Shown in pieces: positions 23,289 through 31,639 of a stretch of 34,325 bases of DNA. Where the stretch lies: the IMG/VR virus record IMGVR_UViG_3300005613_000227; one strand, given 5' to 3'. A program made the position numbers and the translations under genes. Each line of letters starts with the position of its first letter. The stretch's first letter is position 1. The notes under the pieces were generated by a model. That model did not search any database. It saw only the letters and a program-made list of their open reading frames with translations, and had not been told where the DNA came from. The stretch is from a virus.

Positions 23289-24735
23289 GAAAAAGAAACC
23301 TTCAAGATTAGGATTTGCAACCAAGCAATTCCTGAAAGCATTCAGAGGATATGATGCAATAAAGAACACTCGCTATCGTGCGAGAAGAGGCTATGATGCT
23401 ATTCGATCCGAAGAGATTGAGTTAAGTAATTACGACAGAGATAAATTAATCTCTGCTGCTTTAGAATTTAGAAGAAACAATCCTGTCGTTGCTTCAATGT
23501 CTCGATTGAGAAAAGCCGACATTGTTGGAAGAGGAATTATTCCACAAGCGAACACAGGAGATGAAGCTCTCGATTCCAAGATTGAAGAGGAGTGGGCAGA
23601 GTTCAGTCACGATCCTGACATTACAGGTCAGTTTGATATGAGAGAGATTCAACAACAAATGGTTGATTCTCTTTTATTCTACGGAGACTGTGGGTTAGTT
23701 GTATTAGATGGAAAGGTTCAATTCATTGACGGCTCTCGAATCGGTAATCCAAAAGGACAAGCAACAGGATCAGAGAAAGACAACTTTCAAAACGGAGTTG
23801 AGATCAACGAAGTTGGAAAGCCTATCAACTATTCTATCGGTAATCGAGTAAATGGAAACCTAAAAGATTATAGATTAATATCAGCTAAAGACTTTATTCC
23901 TTTCTTTAGAAAGATTCGTCCTGTTCAATATCGAGGCATTCCTGAAATAGCAACGATTCTAAACACTCTCCAAGATTGTGATGAATACGATAGAATTGAA
24001 ATGATCTCAGCTAAGGTTGCTGCTTCATTATCGGTTGCAGTTAAGAGACAAAACTCTTATGAGTTTGAATTGCAAAATAGATTGAGTTCAGATGAGCAAG
24101 ATGAGATTGGGGGATTAGAAACTTTCGAGACAGGAAGATTTCATTACTTAGAACCTGACGAAGATGTCAGCGTTATAAGTTCAAACGGCAGACCGAATGT
24201 CGATGGAGTCGAGTGGGTTTCTTACTTGCTTCGTAAAGTAGGAAGTGCAGTCGGCATTCCTTTAGAATTTTTATTAATGGAGATCGGAGGAAGTTCTTTC
24301 TCTGCATCTCAGGGAGTCGTTCTTCAATATCAACAAACAGTTGAGAGTTATCAAACTGATTTGATTAGAGCGATGCAAACACTTTACAAAAGATGGTTGT
24401 CTCAAAAGATAGCCGATGATTCAATCTCAATTCCTTCAGGAGTGGAGAATCCTTTCAAGGTTCGTTGGCAAAGACCTGCATTCAGGTGGATCAATCGAGC
24501 AGCACAAGTAAAAGCTGACTTGGATTATTTCCGAGTCGGTGCAATGAGCTTGGACGATATAACTGCTCCTTTCGGATATACTGCCGAAGATGTTATGGTT
24601 CGCAAAGCTCAGAATATTACAAAAGCAAAACGAATCGCTGAACAGAACGGATTAGATTGGAAAGATTTAATTAATCCATTCCCAACATCACTATCAGGAA
24701 ATTATTCCGAAGTCATTGACGATGCCTCTGCCTAA
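23281..24735 (+). CDS. Portal protein, lambda gpB family
   Basis: 484 aa. RSEEIELSNYDRDKLISAALEFRRNNPVVASM...VGRGI...EEEWAEF...MVDSLLFYGDCG matches the lambda-type portal N-terminal pattern. Synteny also supports the call. Confidence 0.85.
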   Translation: MAKKKKPSRLGFATKQFLKAFRGYDAIKNTRYRARRGYDAIRSEEIELSNYDRDKLISAALEFRRNNPVVASMSRLRKADIVGRGIIPQANTGDEALDSKIEEEWAEFSHDPDITGQFDMREIQQQMVDSLLFYGDCGLVVLDGKVQFIDGSRIGNPKGQATGSEKDNFQNGVEINEVGKPINYSIGNRVNGNLKDYRLISAKDFIPFFRKIRPVQYRGIPEIATILNTLQDCDEYDRIEMISAKVAASLSVAVKRQNSYEFELQNRLSSDEQDEIGGLETFETGRFHYLEPDEDVSVISSNGRPNVDGVEWVSYLLRKVGSAVGIPLEFLLMEIGGSSFSASQGVVLQYQQTVESYQTDLIRAMQTLYKRWLSQKIADDSISIPSGVENPFKVRWQRPAFRWINRAAQVKADLDYFRVGAMSLDDITAPFGYTAEDVMVRKAQNITKAKRIAEQNGLDWKDLINPFPTSLSGNYSEVIDDASA

Positions 24736-26992
24736 ACCAACAAATAGCGAAAAGCAACCTGAGTTCGTAAATCGTTGTATGAGCGATGAAGAAACAGTCA
24801 AAGAGTTTCCTGATGAGAAACAAAGAGTTGCCGTTTGCATTGGTATTTATAAAAGAGAAACTCAACTGAACGAAGGTTCAAATGATAATGTTAGCGAGAC
24901 AGTTGAGAAGGGATTAAAGAAGAAACTCGAAGATCATAGAGAAGCAGTTGGCAAAGACCCAAAGAAGCAAACGACTTTAAGGAAACTCAAGATTGTTTAC
25001 AATCGAGGGATCGGAGCTTACAGAACAAATCCAAGTTCGGTCAGACCTTCTGTTGGTTCTCCTGAACAATGGGCGAACGCTAGAGTCAATTCATTCCTTT
25101 ACGCTTTGAGAAACCTTCGTTACAGAAGTGGGAAACACGATACCGATTTACTTCCAAAGGAACATCCAATCAGGAAGAACATAGAGAAAGATAAAGCAAG
25201 TTTAGATGAACACAGGAGATATGAAGACGGAGAGATTATTCCTTCTGCTCTTCCTCCTGCTTATAGAAAGAGCAGAAAAGATGGAGAAACAAAAGGACAA
25301 GCGTGCATTAATTGCAAATTTTACAAAGAGGATCAGAAGGATCATCGTTTTTATTGCACTAAATTTGAAGCTCCTGTTCGTCCTCAATATTGGTGCAAGG
25401 CTTGGAAAGCAAAAGGCGAAGCATTAGCAGAAACCTACAATGATTATCCTGAGTCAGCTTCAAACAATGCAAAGAGAGCTTTGAAATACAAAGCCGAGAA
25501 TCCTGACAACAAGTGTGGCACTCAGGTTGGTTGGGCAAGAGCTAATCAATTAGCTAAGAAAGAAAGAATTTCAAGAGACACGATTGCTCGAATGGCATCA
25601 TTCAAAAGACATCAACAACATAAAGATGTTCCCTACGATGAAGGTTGTGGAGGATTGATGTGGGATGCTTGGGGAGGAACTTCAGGAGTCGAGTGGGCGA
25701 TCAGAAAACTTAAACAAATTGACAAGAAGGCGAATAGTAAAATGAGTAGCAAACAATATGGATTTTCAGCGTTAAACATTTCCGAGTCTAAAATTGACAA
25801 GGATTCAGGTAAGATGTTTGGAGTCTCTCTCATAAGCGTAGGCGAAGCACTAGGTCACGAATTGTTTGTCGATGACGATAGTCTCGACACAATCCTCCAA
25901 GCGATAGACGGAGAAAAGATTCCTGCTTACATCACTCACAGAGGAGCTTTATTTGAAGACCGACTAACTAGAGAGATCGGAATGTTTACAAACTTTAGAA
26001 CCGAAGGCGACAGACTGATGGCAGACTTTGAAGCCTTCGATTCATTTAGAGAAGACGATGCTCGCAAATACAATCGATTATTCGAGATGGCAGAAAAGAT
26101 TCCTGAGCGATTTGGATTAAGCATTGTATTCTCAGCAACTCAGGCTTGGGCAACTCCTGAAGGAGATGTTGAATTAGGAGCAAGACCTGACAACGCTTTA
26201 TTTGATTTCCCATCAATCAGGGTTGAAGAAGTTACTTCTGCTGACTTCGTTGACACTCCTGCAGCAAATCAAAAAGGACTTTTTTCAAAATTAGATATTA
26301 AACCAACTAGCAAAATGTTAAAATCAGAACTCATCGAAGCAAATGAAAAACTCTCTGCTGAGAACGAAGCTCTTAAAGCTAAGATCGAAGACCAAGAGTC
26401 TGTCGAACAAAAAGCATTAGAAGCTCAAGTCTCACAAGAAGAGGCACAGATTGAGTCAAGCAACGAAGTTCAAGAAGAAACTTCATCCGAAGAAATCCAA
26501 GAGTCTTTCAATAAAGACGAAGAGATGGCAGTCACAGACAATGAGAAAACTATCAACAAAGGTGGTTCTCAAGGTTTAGAAGGTCACGAAGATGAAGAGA
26601 AACTTGAAGAAGAAGAAGAAGCTCAAGAGGAAGAAGAAAGCCTTGAAGAGAAAGTTGCTTCGCTTGAATCTGTTATCGAAGACCTAAAGGCAAAACTCCA
26701 AGAGAAGGAAGACGAAATGTCTAAACTTCAGGAGGAACTTGAAGGTCACGAAGAAGAAGAAAAAGAAATGAAAGAAAAGCTCTCCAAGGTAACCGAAGAG
26801 AACTCAAAACTTTCTGCTCTTATCAAAGGAGCTAATCCTATTGAAGTAAGTAAAGAAGACGATTCAACTTGGTCTCCAAGTAAATCTCTTAAAGATCAAT
26901 TCATTAAGGATTATGCTAAAGAAAATAATATTTCAGAATTTACTGCGACTCTTCGCTTAGGCAAAGAGAAGCCTGAACTTTTCAAACTATAA
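24722..26992 (+). CDS. Head maturation protease / scaffold polyprotein with N-terminal accessory modules
   Basis: The ATG at 24722 is preferred over the TTG at 24716. Modules in order: PEFVNRCMSDEETVKEFPDEKQRVAVC; VYNRGIGAYRTNPSSVRP..QWANARVNSFL; Cys4 CINC..C..WC; WARANQLAKKERISRDTIARMASFKRH..WGG; protease-like SLISVGEALGHELFVDDDSL...ITHRG; and an E/K-rich coiled coil at the C-terminus. Confidence 0.6.
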   Translation: MPLPKPTNSEKQPEFVNRCMSDEETVKEFPDEKQRVAVCIGIYKRETQLNEGSNDNVSETVEKGLKKKLEDHREAVGKDPKKQTTLRKLKIVYNRGIGAYRTNPSSVRPSVGSPEQWANARVNSFLYALRNLRYRSGKHDTDLLPKEHPIRKNIEKDKASLDEHRRYEDGEIIPSALPPAYRKSRKDGETKGQACINCKFYKEDQKDHRFYCTKFEAPVRPQYWCKAWKAKGEALAETYNDYPESASNNAKRALKYKAENPDNKCGTQVGWARANQLAKKERISRDTIARMASFKRHQQHKDVPYDEGCGGLMWDAWGGTSGVEWAIRKLKQIDKKANSKMSSKQYGFSALNISESKIDKDSGKMFGVSLISVGEALGHELFVDDDSLDTILQAIDGEKIPAYITHRGALFEDRLTREIGMFTNFRTEGDRLMADFEAFDSFREDDARKYNRLFEMAEKIPERFGLSIVFSATQAWATPEGDVELGARPDNALFDFPSIRVEEVTSADFVDTPAANQKGLFSKLDIKPTSKMLKSELIEANEKLSAENEALKAKIEDQESVEQKALEAQVSQEEAQIESSNEVQEETSSEEIQESFNKDEEMAVTDNEKTINKGGSQGLEGHEDEEKLEEEEEAQEEEESLEEKVASLESVIEDLKAKLQEKEDEMSKLQEELEGHEEEEKEMKEKLSKVTEENSKLSALIKGANPIEVSKEDDSTWSPSKSLKDQFIKDYAKENNISEFTATLRLGKEKPELFKL

Positions 26993-27011
26993 CAATTAAT
27001 TATTTAAAATT

Positions 27012-27383
27012 ATGTCAACAGTAATAAACGGAACTCAACGCACTTTTACTGCAACAGGCACAATGTCAGCTTACATCTTAACTAAGTTAAATACTGACGG
27101 AACTGTCTCAACTGCAACACAAGTAGCGTCAGGGGAAACTCGTGTAGGCTTCACAACAAGAGAAGTCTTAACAGCAGGGGATTCAACAGGAATCGCTTTG
27201 CTTAATGGTGGTGGTACTGCTTACGGAACAGCAGTAGGCACAATCACTAATGCAGGTACTGCTCTTTACGGAGCAAGTGGTGGTAAACTAGGAACAACTG
27301 CTTCAGGTGGTGTTGTTGGTTTCTCTTTAACTTCAGCATCAGCAGATGATGTTATCGAAGTTTTACTTCACGAATCTGCGTAA
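27012..27383 (+). CDS. Head decoration/cement-like protein (DUF2190-like)
   Basis: 123 aa, G/T/A-rich, located between the protease-scaffold and the capsid gene, as for lambda gpD. Confidence 0.5.
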   Translation: MSTVINGTQRTFTATGTMSAYILTKLNTDGTVSTATQVASGETRVGFTTREVLTAGDSTGIALLNGGGTAYGTAVGTITNAGTALYGASGGKLGTTASGGVVGFSLTSASADDVIEVLLHESA

Positions 27384-27402
27384 CATAGGAGAATTTTAAA
27401 TT

Positions 27403-28323
27403 ATGTCTTTATACGGAAACGCATCATTCAATCCTGTGCTTTCAGAAGCACTTAACAAAATTGGCGAAAATCGTTTTGTCGGAACTTCAATCCTTCCGAT
27501 CCGAAATGTCGGAACTAAAAACGGAGATTACCCAATCTTTTCAGACGATCAGTTCGATCTTAACGATTCAGCTATTCGTTCAGCAGGCTCTTCATTCGCT
27601 CGAAGAGATTTCGATTATGGTAAGCAATCTTATGCTTGCGTTCAATACGCTTTAGAGGGAGTTCTTCCTGACGAAGACGAAAGCAAAGCAAGTGATGACG
27701 GCATCTCAGATGCTGCAGGTGCTATCGCTCAAAAACTTCAGCGAGACATTATGGTTGGTCACGAACTTCGTGTTCAATCTGCATTGCAAAATGCAGGCTT
27801 CAATGCAACTGCTCAAACAGGTGCAGCGATGTCAGATGCAGCAGGAGCAAAACCTATCACAACAATTCAAAACGCAGTTGAGCGTTTGAATGCAAATGGT
27901 ATGTTCGACAACCTTGCACTTATCATCGAGTCTTCATTGTATAACGAAATGATCAACACAGACGATGTTCGTAACATCTTCAATGGCAATGGTCAATATA
28001 CAAGCAAAGACATCTTAACAAGTGCTTTAGGTGTTAGCAATATCATCGTATGTCCTACACGCTACAACTCAGCAGCTAAAGGACAGAGTGCATCTCGCAC
28101 AAAGATTTGGGAAACTGATACTTATTATGTTGCTCAAATCGCAGGAGGCGAGTTCTCAAATGGTGGTATCGGAAGAACATTAGCCTATTCTCCTGATGGT
28201 GGAGCATTTACTGCTGAAACTTACAGAGATGAGCCAATCAAATCTGACATCCTTCGTGTTTATATGTCAACAGACGAAGTGATCATCAATGCAAACGCAG
28301 GTGAAGAGATCACAGGTGCTTAA
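27403..28323 (+). CDS. Major capsid protein
   Basis: 306 aa, last gene of the head module, followed by a strong terminator. Position is equivalent to lambda gpE. Confidence 0.7.
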   Translation: MSLYGNASFNPVLSEALNKIGENRFVGTSILPIRNVGTKNGDYPIFSDDQFDLNDSAIRSAGSSFARRDFDYGKQSYACVQYALEGVLPDEDESKASDDGISDAAGAIAQKLQRDIMVGHELRVQSALQNAGFNATAQTGAAMSDAAGAKPITTIQNAVERLNANGMFDNLALIIESSLYNEMINTDDVRNIFNGNGQYTSKDILTSALGVSNIIVCPTRYNSAAKGQSASRTKIWETDTYYVAQIAGGEFSNGGIGRTLAYSPDGGAFTAETYRDEPIKSDILRVYMSTDEVIINANAGEEITGA

Positions 28324-28352
28324 TACTTTGTTTTATTCATAGTGTTGTAAAA

Positions 28353-28385
28353 AGTCCTCATTCTTCGGAATGGGGGCTTTTTTTT
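28353..28385 (+). terminator. Rho-independent terminator after the capsid gene
   Basis: 11-bp stem AGTCCTCATTC/GAATGGGGGCT (with G-U pairs), TTCG loop, T8 run. Confidence 0.7.
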
Positions 28386-28414
28386 GCTTTTTTTCACTTT
28401 TTTTCACTTTTTTT
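28378..28414. repeat. Four T-tracts phased at 10 bp (predicted curved DNA)
   Basis: T8 at 28378, then T7 at 28388, 28398 and 28408 (ctttttttcac repeated). Confidence 0.7.
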
Positions 28415-28416
28415 GC

Positions 28417-28458
28417 ATTTAGGGCTTGCAATTCGTTAAACAAAGTTAAATATTATAA
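28417..28458 (+). promoter_or_regulatory. Early promoter cassette inside the late region
   Basis: ATTTAGGGCTTGCAATTCGTTAAAC (24/25 identical to 17063..17087). GTTAAAC at 28435, GTTAAAT at 28445, TTATAA at 28453. Confidence 0.45.
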
Positions 28459-28470
28459 GCATATTAATTA

Positions 28471-28479
28471 TTAACCTTA
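28471..28479 (+). promoter_or_regulatory. TTAACCTTA leader box (gene 28491)
   Basis: Exact 9-mer, 11 nt upstream of the ATG. Confidence 0.5.
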
Positions 28480-28490
28480 TAAAAAACATT

Positions 28491-28970
28491 ATGGAAAACA
28501 TCAAATACACACACAAATTCAATAACATCAACGATGCTATCGATCACATTAACCTTACAGAAAGCACACACGCTTCCTACGCAAATAGATTCGAGCAAAT
28601 TCAAAACGCTACATTCAATTACAACACTCACTTAGAAAAGCTAAAACAAATTGAAGCTGACACAGAGAGTGGCGAAATCGAGTGCTTCTACATTATTCCT
28701 AAATTTGAAAATGTTTACTACGGAGATGAGAATAGCTACGATAGCAAATATGAAGAAATCGAAACAATATTTGTTAAAAGAAAATATGACATCAATGTTG
28801 TAAGACAGTTAAACACTTTAGGTGGTGGCTCTCTAACTAATCACGACTTCAAAGTTTATAACGACTTCGGAGACGGACAATTAACTTTTCTAGGTTACTT
28901 AAAAAAATCAAAAAGAGATGAAGTTAGAAAGGTAATGTCAGTTTACGAAAACGCAGTAGTAGTCGCTTAA
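28491..28970 (+). CDS. Moron: hypothetical protein (159 aa) with its own promoter and terminator
   Basis: ORF bracketed by terminators at 28353 and 28992, with an early-type promoter and leader. No motif recognised. Confidence 0.6.
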   Translation: MENIKYTHKFNNINDAIDHINLTESTHASYANRFEQIQNATFNYNTHLEKLKQIEADTESGEIECFYIIPKFENVYYGDENSYDSKYEEIETIFVKRKYDINVVRQLNTLGGGSLTNHDFKVYNDFGDGQLTFLGYLKKSKRDEVRKVMSVYENAVVVA

Positions 28971-28991
28971 AAATTTAAAAAACTAAAGCCG

Positions 28992-29023
28992 AGAGTCTCC
29001 TGAAAGGGAGGCTCTTTTTTTTT
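28992..29023 (+). terminator. Rho-independent terminator
   Basis: Stem AGAGTCTCC/GGGAGGCTCT (one bulge), then a T9 run. Confidence 0.6.
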
Positions 29024-29040
29024 ACAATCTTCCTATTGGT

Positions 29041-29373
29041 ATGAGTAGCATTATAAGTTCGTCATTGATCGGAGACAACCTGAACTTCGCAATCACGAAT
29101 ATGACAACAACCTTAACTGCCGTAACTCCAACCAATACGGAGACCTATGTCGCAAACAAGCAAGACATCGAGATTGCTTTTGCCATCTTCGAGGACGGAA
29201 GGGAGACAACTGTTGACACAAAGTTTTATTTGAATATCGGTAATTATACGACTCTTCCAACTAAAGGAATGATCCTGACAGATGGAACTAGAAACTATAA
29301 AGTCGTAAACACTCAAAAAGATGCAATAAATGTCACACTCAGAATCGATTGCCAAGCCGAAGGACAAAGATAA
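29041..29373 (+). CDS. Head-tail adaptor/closure-like protein
   Basis: 110 aa, first gene after the head module. The C-terminal pattern PTKGMILTDGTRNYKVVNTQKD..VTLRIDC resembles head-closure proteins. Confidence 0.4.
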   Translation: MSSIISSSLIGDNLNFAITNMTTTLTAVTPTNTETYVANKQDIEIAFAIFEDGRETTVDTKFYLNIGNYTTLPTKGMILTDGTRNYKVVNTQKDAINVTLRIDCQAEGQR

Positions 29374-30439
29374 ACTAAACCTTTATCTCATAGGATATTC
29401 TCCTGACTTAAAATATTTAAAGAGACTGCTCGCTCAGGTTAAGCCGATTGTAAAGTCTCTCTCTTTTGTCTGCACAGATGACAAGGACGATTGCTTGGAG
29501 GCGATAAAAGAATCAGGGATTCCTTATCAGTTCGAGAGATTAATCTTTCCGAGCAGAGAAGACTTTGATTTCTCCAAGGCGAGAAACCTTTCAAGGGAGA
29601 TGGCTTCTAAGAATGAAGGTTGGAGCTTTTGGTTGGACTGCGATGACACAATCGAGAATCCTGAAAAGATAATCGAGTTAATGATTAAGCATCCAAACGC
29701 TGAAGCCTACGGACTTCCTTATGATGTAAACGAACGCTCAGGGAATTTATTTAAGATTAGAATCCACAAAGATGGATGGCATTGGCAGAATAAGGTTCAC
29801 GAAGAGCTTATGCCTATCCTAGAAGGCGATAAGAAGAGAAATGTGACTGTTCTATCGGAATGTCCTGTCAAACACGCTCCTGATGAAGATAAGAGCAATC
29901 ACGAGTTTCATATTAGCCTTCTGAAGAAGAATGTTAAGACTGCTGAGGCAGATTACACTTATATTGCCAAAGAATACTTTAATTCCTTACAAAATGAGAA
30001 GGCAATCCCTTACATAAAGAAAGCCTTGGCAATTCATTCCTATCCTCACGAAATCTACAACCTTTGGATGATGCTTGGGATTTGTTATGCCGTTGACGAT
30101 AAGAACGAAGAAGCGAAGGAGGCTTGGCTTTCAGGGATTCCTGTCGCTCCTTATCGTAAGGAGGCTTATTACTATCTTGCCGAGCTTTACGGCAAGTTAG
30201 GAGACAACGAAAACCTTCACAAAGGTCTTGGATACATCTGTGCCTGTAACGCTCAAATTGATAAAGGAGAGCCTCTTCAAAATATGAATATATATAACTT
30301 TATGGGCTATCTTTTACACGCTCGATATTTACAAAAGTTCAATAAGTATAAGGAGGCTCTTGAAATTTTAGAACAAATCAAAGAGCCAAATGAAGAAGCT
30401 GATTTAATAAGAAAAGAAATAAACGATGCCTGCTCCTGA
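29330..30439 (+). CDS. Family-2 glycosyltransferase fused to TPR repeats
   Basis: DFDFSKARNLSREMA..GWSFWLDCDDTIE (DxD) and FKIRIHKDG..NKVHEEL. The C-terminal half is TPR-like (YIAKEYFNSLQNEKAIPYIKKALAI..., YYYLAELYGKLGDNE..., ARYLQKFNKYKEALEILEQ). Confidence 0.7.
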   Translation: MSHSESIAKPKDKDKLNLYLIGYSPDLKYLKRLLAQVKPIVKSLSFVCTDDKDDCLEAIKESGIPYQFERLIFPSREDFDFSKARNLSREMASKNEGWSFWLDCDDTIENPEKIIELMIKHPNAEAYGLPYDVNERSGNLFKIRIHKDGWHWQNKVHEELMPILEGDKKRNVTVLSECPVKHAPDEDKSNHEFHISLLKKNVKTAEADYTYIAKEYFNSLQNEKAIPYIKKALAIHSYPHEIYNLWMMLGICYAVDDKNEEAKEAWLSGIPVAPYRKEAYYYLAELYGKLGDNENLHKGLGYICACNAQIDKGEPLQNMNIYNFMGYLLHARYLQKFNKYKEALEILEQIKEPNEEADLIRKEINDACS

Positions 30440-31241
30440 TTTTACGACTCTACTAGATTTCGAGACTAATATCGAAACTGCTGCAACGACTTTCCTTGAA
30501 ACCGACACAGGACTGACTGCCTCAAGTTTATTTGCAACATTGGATCAGGATACTTTTGTTGTTCCAAGATTGGAAGTAATGTTTGAGAAAGGCGAAGCTC
30601 TCGATCCTCCGACTCCTCAAACTGAAAACAGTTCTCAGGTTGAATATATGCAACATAAAGGAGTTCTATCAATTAGAGTTGTTAGTGATGCTTCTGTTGC
30701 AGATACTCAAACAACTCACAGGCAGTTGAGAGGGAAGGTCAGAACTTCAATGCTCCTGAATGCTCAAAACTTTACAACTCCTTCAGGAGGCTCAACAGTT
30801 CTTCCTTATTATGAAGTAAAGTATATGAGACCGACAGGAACAACTTATGAAGTTGACGGAGACTTGGCGATTTCATCCCTGACTTACGATATGACAATCG
30901 CAATCAAAACCGATGCTTTTCCTTCAGCAAACTTGAGATTGAAAACCTTGAACAGATTAGGGGATATTATTTCAATAGGAAATCCTTTTTACGACACAAG
31001 CACTCCAAGCCTGACAACATCATTTCAAACAGTTGGGAAAATTGGATTATTGCAAGGAACTCAAACTGCAAATGTAATAGTTGCTTACAGTAGTTGGGAT
31101 ATAAATATAGAAGATTTTACAATCGTAAACGCAAGTAATTTGCAATATGGTCAGTCAGCAGGAGAATTTAGTTTTGATGTCGACACTAACTCTCTCTCAA
31201 ACGGAGACAATATTGACATCGGAGTTTTCTTTGAAAATTGA
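30426..31241 (+). CDS. Tail completion/terminator-like protein (DUF3168-like N-terminus) with a C-terminal extension
   Basis: 271 aa. N-terminal ETNIETAATTFLETDTGL...VVPRLEVMFE...VLSIRVVSDAS pattern. Position in the neck/tail module supports the call. Confidence 0.4.
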   Translation: MPAPDFTTLLDFETNIETAATTFLETDTGLTASSLFATLDQDTFVVPRLEVMFEKGEALDPPTPQTENSSQVEYMQHKGVLSIRVVSDASVADTQTTHRQLRGKVRTSMLLNAQNFTTPSGGSTVLPYYEVKYMRPTGTTYEVDGDLAISSLTYDMTIAIKTDAFPSANLRLKTLNRLGDIISIGNPFYDTSTPSLTTSFQTVGKIGLLQGTQTANVIVAYSSWDINIEDFTIVNASNLQYGQSAGEFSFDVDTNSLSNGDNIDIGVFFEN

Positions 31242-31289
31242 CAATCAATCAATTATTGAATCCTTTTTAATTTTTAATTTATTTTTATT

Positions 31290-31628
31290 ATGGCAGTAAT
31301 TTCAGATGGTGGACAAAAATTTGGTATAACCACAACCTTGGTAACTCCTTCCGATTCATTTGTTGTTGAAAGTTTCACAAAGAACTTCACTTCAAACCGA
31401 GTCGATTTAGATAATGGAGCAGGCGAACCTTTGGGTTCTGTAACTGTTACAGGTAGAACAGAGATTTCAATGACTGCACAGTTCGGAACTGCAACAAATG
31501 CAACTCCAACTGTGGGCGATGAAATCACTTATGGTTCTGACACAATTATCTTAACAGATGTTACTCTTAACGAAGCTCAAGCAGACTTCGTAAGATTGGA
31601 CTTATCAGGTTACATTAAGATCAACTAA
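31290..31628 (+). CDS. Putative major tail tube protein (small, 112 aa)
   Basis: Beta-rich ORF immediately upstream of the chaperone-like gene and the tape measure. Confidence 0.4.
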   Translation: MAVISDGGQKFGITTTLVTPSDSFVVESFTKNFTSNRVDLDNGAGEPLGSVTVTGRTEISMTAQFGTATNATPTVGDEITYGSDTIILTDVTLNEAQADFVRLDLSGYIKIN

Positions 31629-31639
31629 TTTAATTTAAT

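Noticed and set aside
28378-28414. Short tandem repeat ctttttttcac, considered as a possible CRISPR-like or minisatellite array
   Set aside because: The units are only 10 nt with no spacers and consist of T-tracts. A similar T-tract pair lies upstream of the homologous promoter at 17043..17061. Phased bending elements explain them better.
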